Source of the DNA: Harriotta raleighana
Taxonomy: Eukaryota
Assembly (NCBI GenBank): GCA_050575255.1
Contig: JBNZDD010013678.1
Coordinates: 4,560,753-4,624,752, forward strand
DNA length: 64,000 bases
Direction: 5' to 3'
Below, one piece after another: positions 27,401-39,400 of this stretch (position 1 is the stretch's first letter; every line of letters begins with the position of its first letter). The position numbers were made by a program, and so were the translations under genes. The notes under the pieces are model-generated. The model searched no databases. It had not been told where the DNA came from and saw only the letters and a list, made by a program, of their open reading frames with translations.

Positions 27401-30400
27401 AGGACAGTCAGGCAACCTTTGGTGGAGAGTTCAGCGACTTCTGCTTTTATCTCACATGTATCATCCAGAGTCACTTCTCTAACATCTAATATATGTTTCT
27501 TCCCATCAGTGGAGATCAGAACAGTTCTGCTTGAATGAAGCACGGTTTCATTTCTGTACCAAGTCACCGGCATATTTTCGTGGGAAAGCTCAATTTCAAA
27601 ATGAGCTGTGTTTCCTTCTTTAACTGTCTGGTCCTTCAGTGGTGTAAGGAATTTCAATCTCATCCCTAAAATATCAATGTATATGTTATCAATCAATCAA
27701 TAATGAGTTAAGAGCAAACTATTACACATTCCCTGACACAGTTTAAAATTTAGTCTCTAATTCAATTCAACGCCACAATTACATTAAATCTTCATGTAAA
27801 CTTTTTTAAAACATTGAATATCTGTGACCAGTACGAGATCTACAAAGGGCTGATAATTCAGAGTAGGTGAGCTCAAATATAATCAGTGTCTATCACACTT
27901 GTTGCCATGCCAAATCATGACATCAACAACAAAAAGTGAATTGATTGTATATTTTGTATATAGCTTAAACAGCTTATTATAAAACACTAGCAAAATGTAA
28001 ATCCCTTTGTTTGCTCATGTGGACAATGATAATAACAATGATAATAATAATCATTGCATTTGATATAGTGCCTTATCACATCTTCTAGATGTCTCAAAGT
28101 GCTTCACAGGTAAAAAGCATGAAAACATACCTGTGACAATCAGCTTTGCAGTTGTTTTCTTGGTGTCAACTTCAGCAGAATATTCTCCTTCATCATCAAA
28201 AGCAGAGTTATTGATGACAAGAATCTGCTTCTTTCCATCAGCAACTAAATCATACTTTTCACCAGACTTAAGTATATCTGGGCCTTTAGTCCATATAATC
28301 TTCGCAACCACTCTGGTGAGGACACATTCAAACCGCGCTTGGCGTTTTTCTGGGACAGTCACATCAGTCAGTGGCACCTCAAAGTCAAGTTCAATTTCTG
28401 CAAATAACATTGGTTACATTTGAATAAGATGCTACATGAAGAAGAAATCATACTACAGCAAACTTGTATTTGATTCAAAGCCGTTTGGAAGCAGAGAAGG
28501 TATTACTATCAATGGCGCTTCTTTCACAGATGTATCACTTACCTTTGACTCTCAGGTAAGCAATGGAAGTGGCATTGCGTGCCCTGAAGATAATTTCACC
28601 AGCTTGATCCAATCTGACATTGTGAAGGATCAAGCTACGTTTAGTCCCTTCATCTTTCATTTCACAGGTCTGCAAAAGATAACAAAGTTCAGCTTGTACT
28701 GGACTGGTCCGTAACAGTGTAAGGTAATGTGTCCTTGAATTTCATGCAAGCTATCTAGAAATGGCAGGTACAAAGGAAAAGCTTACAGGAGATGGGCGCA
28801 GTATTTCACCCTTGAGTTTCCACTCTACTGCAACATCTTGCGAGATCTCAGTCTCAAAGACAGCAGTTTCTTTCTCGTAAACTTCCACACTTTGCAGTTC
28901 TGAAAGTATATCGATCTCACGCTCTGTCAATACAAAAAGAAAGGTCATTATTTGGAGCCTTGCAGCATTCATCACCATCCTATGAATAATACCATTGTCA
29001 AGGCTTTCCTTAGCGGATTTTCATGTAAAAAGGGATTTTTAAAAATATCATGTTGTTAGTTGTCAGTTTGGCACGAAGGACAGAAATTTTGCCTTTGAAT
29101 CAGGATGTTCATTAGGTTCAAGCTCCACATCAGAACTTCAGCTAATAGTCTCAACATAGGGGGAGGGGTGCATTTTTGGTGTATTGTTGAAGTATTGTTC
29201 AGATGAGACATTAAACTCAGATTCCCTCCTACCTGTAAAAAACCCACCATAATAAAATAGAAGGAAGTTTATCTCTATCGTGGACAAGAATCCCTCAGAT
29301 TAATTGATCAATCACCTCAATGTTACAAGATTTACCCACAAAAAACTACACAGCCATTATTTGCCAAGTGCTTGAGATTGCTTTGACGTAAGATGCTAAA
29401 AATATGTATTTTCCTTTGTTGATTTACACACGTTTGTTTAAAAAAAACAAATTGAATGTGATAACAAGACTTTTTTTTTCCAAAGTGTGAACTTTGCAGA
29501 AATCAAGACATTATTTTATTGGTGGTGGCAGATCAACTGGGATGTACACATCAAAATTTTAGTTTGTTTTAAAAATAATATCTATATGTATATACATGTC
29601 TTACCATCGACGATCAAGTTGGCTGTGGAGGCTTGACCTTCCACCTCCACTGTGTATTCACCCTGGTCCTCAGGGGTCACGTTCTTCAGAGTGAGAGTAA
29701 GAATTTTGTCAACTTTCTTAATTTCAAACTTTGCTGAAGGCATCGCTGGAATCTCCTCTTCGCCTTTGAACCATTTGATATTTGGAGTATCCTTTGCAAT
29801 TTCGCATTGAAAGATCGCAGTTTCCTTCTGTTTGACCCGTTGGTCACGAAGTGGTTTGACGAACCATTTCCGTACAATTTCTGCCGGAGGAGGAGAAAGT
29901 TACAAACTGAGTACTCTTTGTATGTTCACTAGTTAAAGAGCAACTAAAGCAATAAACTTATGGAACAAGCACCCGAGGGAGACAATGGAAGCAGAAAATG
30001 TCACTTTTCAAGAATAAATTTGATGGATTCTGCTGGAAAATAATATCTTGGGATACAGTGTATAGTTTGGGACACAACACGTCACGTGACTGCCGGTGGA
30101 AGGCAAACTACATGAACTTTGGTTTTCTTCCGCCGAGCATGTTCTTATGTGTTTTTTAATCAACGGAATAGCAATTGATGGAGAAAAAGATGGTAATAAA
30201 CCTCAACTGTAATTACCTTGTACGATAACTTTTCCTTCGCATTTTATATTAGCAGTCTCAACAGTATACACTCCGGCATTGTCAAAGTCACAGTCCGAGA
30301 TGGTGATGGACCGCTGTAGTCCGATGACACTGATGGTTAATTTGCCAGGAATATTTTCGACAACTTCACCATCCTTCTTCCAAATCACATCTCTGTCCTT

Positions 30401-33400
30401 GTTCAACTCACAGGTCAGATACAGAGGTTGTCCCTTGAAGACCATCATCTCTTCTTCCAGAGTCTTAAAGAATTGTACTGGCAGCTCTAAACCATTTTAC
30501 GGTGGGGTGGGTGGTGGTGTGGCGGGGGAGAAAATAGCAAATTAATGGTCTATCACAAAAGAAAGAAAAGTTAAGCATGCAAATTCCCATCTAATTGTCT
30601 GGATTAACTTGAACTGACCAGCCCTTTAAGTGACAACAAGGTTAAAAAAAAAGTTTAGAGTTAACTTCAGAATTATTCTGAGTAAATACCACATGTTTCC
30701 GCGAGCTTCCTCTGCCTATAGCTATTTTAATGGAATTCCCAGTCGTGTTCTTGGCTTGTGCCATGCAATGGCTCAGATAGGAATGCAAAAATACCTTGGA
30801 CAATTAGTTTGGCTGTGGACATCTTTTCTTGCTTCCCGAGACGGCCTACACAGGTATATTCACCGGTATCTGAAAGTTGCACATCAATGATATGCAGCTT
30901 CCTATCTTTGCCATCAGATGTAAATTTGTGCTTGGGGCTCTCTCTCACAGTGCTTCCGTCCTTCATCCAGAATGTCTGCGCTGTCGAAGGCGAGATTTGG
31001 CATTCAAAGACAGCAGAAGAACCTATAGACTCGGCCTCCTCCAGCACGATATCTTTTAGCTCTTTGACAAATTTCAGTGGGACTGCTTTAAGCTGGAACC
31101 CTGCAAAAGGTGGCTCTTCTCCCGGCGGCTTGCCACCACCTGGTTTAAGTCCCTTCTTGTCTGCGTCTCCAGGCGATGGCGTTTTTCTCGCTAAAATTCA
31201 GAGTTGGACATAAATACATTGGATTTTTGGTTTGTTTTATTTCTCTCTCGTTTCGCATGCTTCTGAAGGAGGTTTGAGGTGAACCAGACATGAGATGCCG
31301 CCACGTGCCAAGTTTCAGTTGGTAAAAAAAAAAACTAAAAGGGGGAGATGCAAGCAAGAGCAATGGCAACTGACTGGCCAAGGAGATGCAAACCTGGTGC
31401 ATGGAAGCCCATCATTCAAAGTCTATGCATTCCATCATGCCATACTGATTTCAGATGATAGGATTTATTTATGCCATCTACAGTATCTACAGCTACTATC
31501 ATTTCTATATGGATGCAGAATATTCGCCATTCACCAAGGAAGAAGCAACGATTCCAAATCATAAGTCTTCAGAACAATGCAAGTGTAATTCAACTTGTAA
31601 CTAATCTGGTACAGTCGCAGAAACACTGTTTCCTTAGCACACACAGAGTTAAAAAATGCATGCATCTGTGATCATTAGGTCCCATCGAGGCTATCACAAT
31701 CAAAGCAGAGACTAATTTTCTCGTTTAGTTTCCATGCAAACATGCTTCTGCAAGTCTCAAGTGCAGCAACTCAGCAGAATGCAAACTGAACACACACTCT
31801 TGTATAGTATTTATTGTTTATAGGTGTAAAGATACTGTATAAAGTGGGCGAACAATGCAGGACAAACTAATATTCGAATTTACGGATTCACTCAGTTAAC
31901 CATACTACAGTAATGAGATCGCAAGGCCAAGCAAATCAATTTGACGTATCACAATTCTGAAATAACTCTTTTTTTTAAAAAAAAGAGCAGTGGAAACTTC
32001 AGAATTTTTCCACAGCCATAAGTGTGACATTCTAACAGAGTGGTTTAGATAATAAGATAATTTATTAATATTGCATAATTCTTGATGTGACACATTGAAA
32101 CACTATTATAGCCTTCGGCTGAAGTGAATAGTGTTCATGTGACACTTATACATGTGTATAATCATGCAGCCAATTGAAGCTGAGACAGTCTGCTTGTTAG
32201 ATCCGCTCACCTCTTGGAGAACCTCTTCCCCTGCCGGCTTCTTCACCTGGTGCCTTAGCATCTGTAATGAGATTGTAGTGTGAGCATCAGCACACCACAA
32301 CTTTCCTAGCAAATAGTTAGGTGTTATAATAATCTTTGCATTTAATAGAGTGCCTTATCAAGTCTTTGAGATGTCTCAAAGCTCTTCACAGAATATACCG
32401 TAAAATGAATTGACTGTATATTTTGTGGGCAAAACACGGCAGCCAATTGCGCACAGCAGTGTCTCACAAACAGTCGTGGATTGAGCGACTAAATTATCAT
32501 TATTACTGTTTCCTTGTTTTTTTAGAAGGGATTATTGCCCCATGAAAAGCGAACTGTTAAACGACTAGTAACTCACAAATGAAAATTGAGACGAATAAAA
32601 TGTTTTTCAATAAAGCAAAATTATTTATGTCGATACAAAAAATATTTTTAAAAGAATACTGGTACCATCTTAATGTATTAATTAAATGCTTACTTGATAT
32701 GCTAGAAGAAATTAAAATGAATATCTGTTAGCTTAAAGATGAGAAAAATGTGATACCAGACATTTTTGTTTACATTTTCACAGAATTCCCTAACCATGAA
32801 AGGGATGTGAAAATTACTGAATAATTCACCCATAGTTCTGTTAATAGCAAACAGAAAACAAATGATCTTTTCAGACAGAAAAGATGAAACCACATGGACA
32901 AAGCACAAATAACGGACATTAAATTTGCATCACGGTTGATATCCCTAGTGCTTCATGCACACACCAGCAGACAAATTGCCAAGAGAAAGATATTTAACAC
33001 AGACGGACACACATACACAACACTGAGGAACACTGACTAGTTTTCCAAGCATATGATGAGTGTAGATCTGCAGCCATCTCACCTCGTTGCTTGGAAGACT
33101 GTCCAGGAGTCTGAACTACACCCTCAACTAATTCTTCATCATCTTCATATTCCCAATCCACAGATGAGCCATATTCTTCCTCTCCTTCGGTTCCTTCCCA
33201 TTCCCAATCCTCTGTGTATGGTAATTCTTCGGATGATATCTCCTCAGTCTCTTCTTCTGGCTCTTCATACCTGCCTTCATCAGCTTCTTCATCAGCTGCT
33301 TCATGCGTTTCTTCAGATTCTCCCTGTGAAGTGTCTTCTGAAGGGGCCTTGTACAGTTCTACAGTTTTGCTTTCTATGCCTGAAATGGGCACTTTTTCTT

Positions 33401-36400
33401 TCCTAACTTTACGATCTACAGCCTCAGGTTTCTCTTTAGGGGAAATCATTTTCCTTCCAGGTATTTTCTTTGGTTCTTTTTCATCAGCCACAACTTCCTT
33501 TGAGGGAAGTTTCCTCATCTCTACAGTTTCCTTTAGTATTTCTGAAACGGGCACTTTGCTAATTTTACTGTCCACAGCATCTGGTTTCTCTTTAGGGGAT
33601 ACTTTAGGTGATATGACTTTCCTTCCAGGTATTTTCTTTGGTTCTTTTCCATCTGCCACGATTTCCTTTGAAGGAACTTTCTTCACCTCTGCATTTTCCG
33701 TGGGTGTTTCTGATAGGGGCACTTTCCCTTTGCTAATTCTAATATCTACATCATGTGGTTTCTCTTTTGGGGAAATCACTTTTCTTCCCAGTATTTCCTT
33801 TGGTTCTTTTCCATCTGACACAACTTCCTTTGAGGGAACTTTCTTCACCTCAACAACTTCCTTTGGTATTTCTGATATGGGCACTTTACCTTTGCTAATT
33901 GTACTTTCCACAGAATCTGGTTTCTCTTTTGGGGATGCCTTAAGGGATATGCCTTTCCTTCCAGGTACTTCCCTTGGTTCTTTTTCATCCGACACAACCT
34001 CTTTTGAGGGCACTTTCTTGAGCTCTGCGGCAACTTTCCCTATTTCTGAAACTGGCACTTTGCCTTTGCCGATCAGAAGCTGCCTCTCACCAGGCGTCTC
34101 GTCGGATATTGGCATCTTGTCCGCTATTTTCTGTAGTTCCTTTTCCTCTAATATAGTTTCTGGTGTAGGGACTTTTTCAAGTTGCACAGGTTCTTTCTGT
34201 TCTTGTGAGACTGGCGCTTTGCCCTTCCCCATGGGAGAGGGTGAGGCATTAGGTTTTTCCTTTGACGTAATGAATTCCCTTGGTATAGTTATTTGCTTTT
34301 CGGGTACTTTAGGAGGTTTCTGAGGCTCTTTTTCATCCGACGGCTTTCTTTTTGAGGGAATCGGTTTTAACTCAACATTTTCCTTGTCCTCTTCCAATCT
34401 CGGCACTTTCCCTTTACCAATTTTTAAACGAGACTCAGGAGGCGTCTCTTTGGGAGCCACCACTTTCTTCTCAGGTACTCGCTTAGGAGGAACATCAGCC
34501 TCTTCGGGGGTAACTTGTCCTGGAAGAGGTTTATCTACAGGCTTTTCCAAAATGGTCTCCCTTGGCGTTCTTTCCATTGGATGGATATCTATCCCTTTAG
34601 GTTTCTCTTCTTCAACCGATGGTTTAATCCTGGGTTCATCTTGAACAACTTTGGGAAAATCAACTCTCTTGAGACTTGGATGTTCCATTTTCTCCTCCTC
34701 GGCTTTGGGAATTGTATGAACTTTTTTCTGCACCAAATGTTTTTCTTCTTTCTCTTGCTCTTTGGGGCTTTTGCTCGCCTTCTTCATTGGAACAACAGTT
34801 TGTTTCGCTTTCTCTGGCATAGGAACTTCAGCCCATTTCATTGATGGCTTTTCCCTGTCACCTACCTCCACGGGAACCTTTTCAGGTTCTGTCACTGTCT
34901 CTTCACCTTTTTCTAAAGGAACTTCATCATCCCTTTTGGGTGCTATTTGCTTTCCTCGGTCTTCTATGCCTTTGGGGACTCTACTAGGTGTCTTTGCTGC
35001 TAACTCTTTTTCTTTCATGGTTTCTTCTTTAGGTTTCCTCGCTAATCCCTTATCTGGCTCTCTCTCTTGTTTGGGGACCCTACTTGGTGGTTTAAGTACT
35101 ACACTTTCTGGTTCCTTTTCTTCTTCTTTAGGAATTCTACCAACCCTTTTCATCAGTGGTTTGTCTAGGATCTCTCTTTCGGTAGTAGTCTTATCTGGTT
35201 TTTTGAGTGTTGTTCTCTTTTCCTTATCTTCTATTTTAGGGACATCACTAACTATTTTTACTACTGACTGTCTATGTTCTTCTTCCTCCTTTGCAATTAT
35301 TCCATCTTTCTTCAATGCCAAAATATCCTGATCAGGTTCTGTTTCCTTGGGGCTTTTAACATGTATCCTATGTTTTAATTCTAATTGTTTTTCCTCTTCT
35401 TTAGGTGATGCATCAAACTTCCTGCGTATAATGCGTTGTTCACCTTCCTCTTCCTTAGAAATCTTACTAGTTTTCTTCAGATTTGAGATTTCTAACGAAT
35501 CTTCCACTACTTCCTTTGGAACTTTGACTGATGGTTTTAATTTCAAAGGTGCCTCTGTTTTTTCTGTAGCTACAAAGGTTTTATATTACATTTAGTGATT
35601 GATTAACAAGGACAACATCAATTCCATAAAAGAAACGTTTAACAGGAGAACAACATAAATCAAACAGTATTGAACTCTCTGGACTACATTTAGGTTCCCT
35701 AGGTTGAAACAGACTGAGGAACGTTTTGATAGACAACCAAATACTCCTAAAGACATATAAACAGAAAGAATAACAAGACGTAATTTACATAAATTGCAAC
35801 GGATTCTTAAACGGACCGAAGGACAGTTTGATACGTTACCAATGCACAACATTTATATACCTGTGGACTAAAGTTTAAAATTATGTAGCATTTCATATCC
35901 AGTTGGCCCAAATATTGAATCATCAGGAAACCAACATATCACATTTGGATGTTTTGCATTTATTAAACAAAGCTTCAAGTTGCATTTGATAGATGGTACC
36001 TTTTAGAGGTCTCTTGCCTCCGATGGGAGTTATAGGAACTGTAATACCAGGTACTTCTGAAAAAGATTAATACATAATTCAGGCACTGTGATAATCAGAG
36101 ACTCAAAAATGTACAATCATATGGAACTCAGGCATTCTGTACAATTACACAAAAAGCTGTCCCTCATCATAGCAGTTGCAATACCGGGTATCTTCTCGGA
36201 ATCACCTATTGATAGTTTTGTGTGAACTTACATTTCGACTCAAAGGCTGCAGATTGATTTGTCAGATGTGGGAGGGATTTTACTACCACAACTGAATATA
36301 TAGTAAAGCTGGAATCTTGTTGCATTTCAGAGGTAACGAAGAGAGATTTTTCCCTCTATTTACATAACCTGGAAAACATTGGGAATTTCCACGGAGAAGA

Positions 36401-39400
36401 GCCATGATATCGTAAATTTAAGAAATTTGTACTATTGTACTTTTCAGTGGCTTGAAAGTCGCTATACAAATGTAATTTTGTTGTTGTTGTTGTTGTTTTC
36501 TCGTTCAAGGCCAAAGGTTGTCTGTGATGAATGAGCAGCATGGGTCTTGCTTTAGAGACATACATGGTCGCATAGGCTAAGAGTCAAATGGGCTTCAGTT
36601 TCCAAGGAGCCATCTTCCAGAGTCGAAGAACGTGGACATAACTTCCAATTCCAGATAATCTTTAGAGGGTGATTTGGTGACTTTATAGACAAGCCTTTTC
36701 AAACCTCAGCAAATTTGCTTTACTTACAGAACCCACTAATGGCATAGTATGACTATCCTTAAAGTCACAAGACCTTCCACAATGACAATTCTAGATGCTC
36801 AGCTCCCTGGTACACCACCAGATAGTGTTTTTTGATCCCTATTCCTGCCCCACTGAGTCAAGTGTACCTCATTTTATATGGAGGCAAAGCCTTTATTTTA
36901 GTGGCATGAGCATTACAGTGGAGGTACATAGAGCACTAAGGTCGTCCCTCTCCCCCTGGCTCATTGTCAAACTCGCTATCACTGTGAAGTGCTCTGGGAT
37001 GCTATCCTGCCTGAAGGGTGCTATATAAATGCAAGTTGTTCTTGTTGTTATCCTAAGGCATGTAAATAGTCCTATTGAGAGATTTCTCGTTGGCTATAAG
37101 CAAGTATCTCATACACATAATAACCACAACATATTCTTTTATTTACCAAATATGATTAATTGCATGTTCACACACATGCCATTGTTATTGTGGTTAGCTA
37201 CAATAATGTGGATATAGGGTTAGTTGTTATGCATTGCTATGGAGTCTGAAAGTCACCAACTAGAGCTATTGCTTCCTATAAAGAGCTGTGATAACTAAGC
37301 AGCGATAAATTATTCTGGAAATTCAAATAGAGCAGCAGCACCTTGAGATATGTCAGAAGAATGCTTTTGAACGTGCCAAACAACCAACTGAGTCCCAATA
37401 ATCTGGGCTCCAATTTGGTTCTCCTCAGACTGCTGGACTTCTTCAACTGTATGAATTTTCTTGACAATGGCAAGTGGTGAAGAATCTTGGAGTTCTTTGC
37501 TGGATTATATTAATGGATACCCTCCAATAGTCCAGCTACTAAATTCTTGCTGCAAAGCACTGTATGATCCTTGATGATTACCCTTGTCCTTGGCAGACTT
37601 CACTGACAGACGGTCACAGAGCGGATTGTCTTCAAGATCCTCACTCTCGTGTTTAAATCCCTCCACTCCTCTGCATCCCCCCACCTCTCTAACCTCCTCT
37701 TTCCTCACATCAGTACCCCTGCCTCGGCTCTACTGGGTCTGGCCTCCTCCTTGATCGCAGAATCCTCCGCTCCACCGTTGGCGGCCTTGCTTTCAGCCAC
37801 TACGCCCTGATGCTCTAGAACTCCTGTCCTCAATCACTTTACCTCGCCCCCTCATTTTCCATTTTCGGTCGTGCTTGAAGAGCTTTCTGTTCAACCGCAT
37901 CTACAGTTCACCTTCTCTCTCTGCTTCCCCCTAGCTCAGTTCTGGGCGCCACTATTGTGAAGCGCTCTGACACATCGTCGGGCGTAGAAGTTGCTATATA
38001 AATCCAAGTTGTTGTTGTCATATCTTGAGATACACTATAGAGTTTGGGGGAAGGCAAACTGGATGGTTCCTGGTCTTCTTTTGCCAAGCAAATTCTTATG
38101 TTCTTATCTTGTTACAATCCTTTGATTTGCCAAAGGTTTTATCATTGAGGTCCAGTTACAGTTAAATGTGGAGAATCCTTTCCATCTGTGGCCTCGTAAC
38201 TTCCTTTCATCCCTTCTCCTATTTGCTAGAATTTTTTGACTCATCACTCATCACTATAGAAAGGATGTTAAGGCATTGGAAAGGGTGCAAAGAAGATTTA
38301 CTTGAATGGTACCACGATTGAGGGACTTCAGTTATGGGGAAAGGCTAGATAAGTTAGATTTATTCTCTTTGGAACAGAGAAGGTTGAGAGGAGACCTAAT
38401 AGAGGTTTATAAAATCATGAGGGGATTCAACAGGGTGAATAAGGAAAAACTGTTTCCACTGGTGGGTGAATCTGTGACTCATGGTCACAGATTTAAAATA
38501 GTTTCCAAACGAAGCAGAGAGGAGCTGAGGAGAATTTTTTTCACTCAGCGGGTTGTTCGAATCTGGAATGCATTGCCTGAAAAGGTGGTGGAGGCCGATT
38601 CGATAACAGCTTTTAAAAGAGAATTAGATCTTTATTTAGGGAGAACAGGTCTGTTAGGTTATGGGGAGAAAGCTGGGCAGTGGGATTGAGTTGCTCTTTT
38701 TAAAGAGCCGGCACAGACTAGATGGGCCGAATGGCCTCCTTTTGTGCCATAAAATTCTATGATTCTATGATCATGCATGTATGCAATTATTTGGAATATA
38801 AAAGTATTTACAATATGAAATACAGTACTGCGATTTATTTTCAAATCAGAATAATGTACAGATGTTGTGCATTGTGACATTGCTCCTTTATTGACAAAAG
38901 CTGCTCTTCTGTGAATTGGGCTAAAATATGAACCTAAATTTTCAAGGCTCAAGAAAATTCCTGAATATAATTCTGCTGCATTCACATTAATCTTTCAATC
39001 AGAGAAAGCTGACATTGTCTGAGGACAAGAATAAGAAGCTGCTAGAAAAAGTACCATAATCGCAAAGCTGGGAAAGTTCAACTCTAAAATCATGCTGAAA
39101 TATAATTATTTTATATATATTACCTTTTGTTGGTTCTGCTTCAGAAACTTCAGTGGGTGATGGTATTTTCTCAATCTCGGGAGCTGTAAGGAGATTGAAA
39201 TATAGTAGATGAGCGAGTTTGAAAGGCATGTAGATTCCAAGCATAATTTTTTATTTGAGGGACATGGTACATAGGTAATTTGGGACATATGTACAAGCGA
39301 CTGCCAAGAAAGTGGAAGGCGAACTAGATGGACCTTGGTCTTTTAAAATCCACCATTTCTTATGTTCTTAGAGCGTTTAGCAACATCTCCACCTATAAAT

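Noticed and set aside
32994-33082. Read-through of the giant exon to a stop, as a Novex-3-like terminal exon
   Set aside because: A strong in-phase donor (G|GTGAGA) lies at 33082, the extension looks intronic, and I saw no nearby AATAAA; 3'-end sequencing would be needed
33214-35595. Long plus-strand ORFs (369 aa, 189 aa and others)
   Set aside because: Antisense shadows of the K/E-rich titin frame; the same applies to plus-strand ORFs over Ig and Fn3 exons
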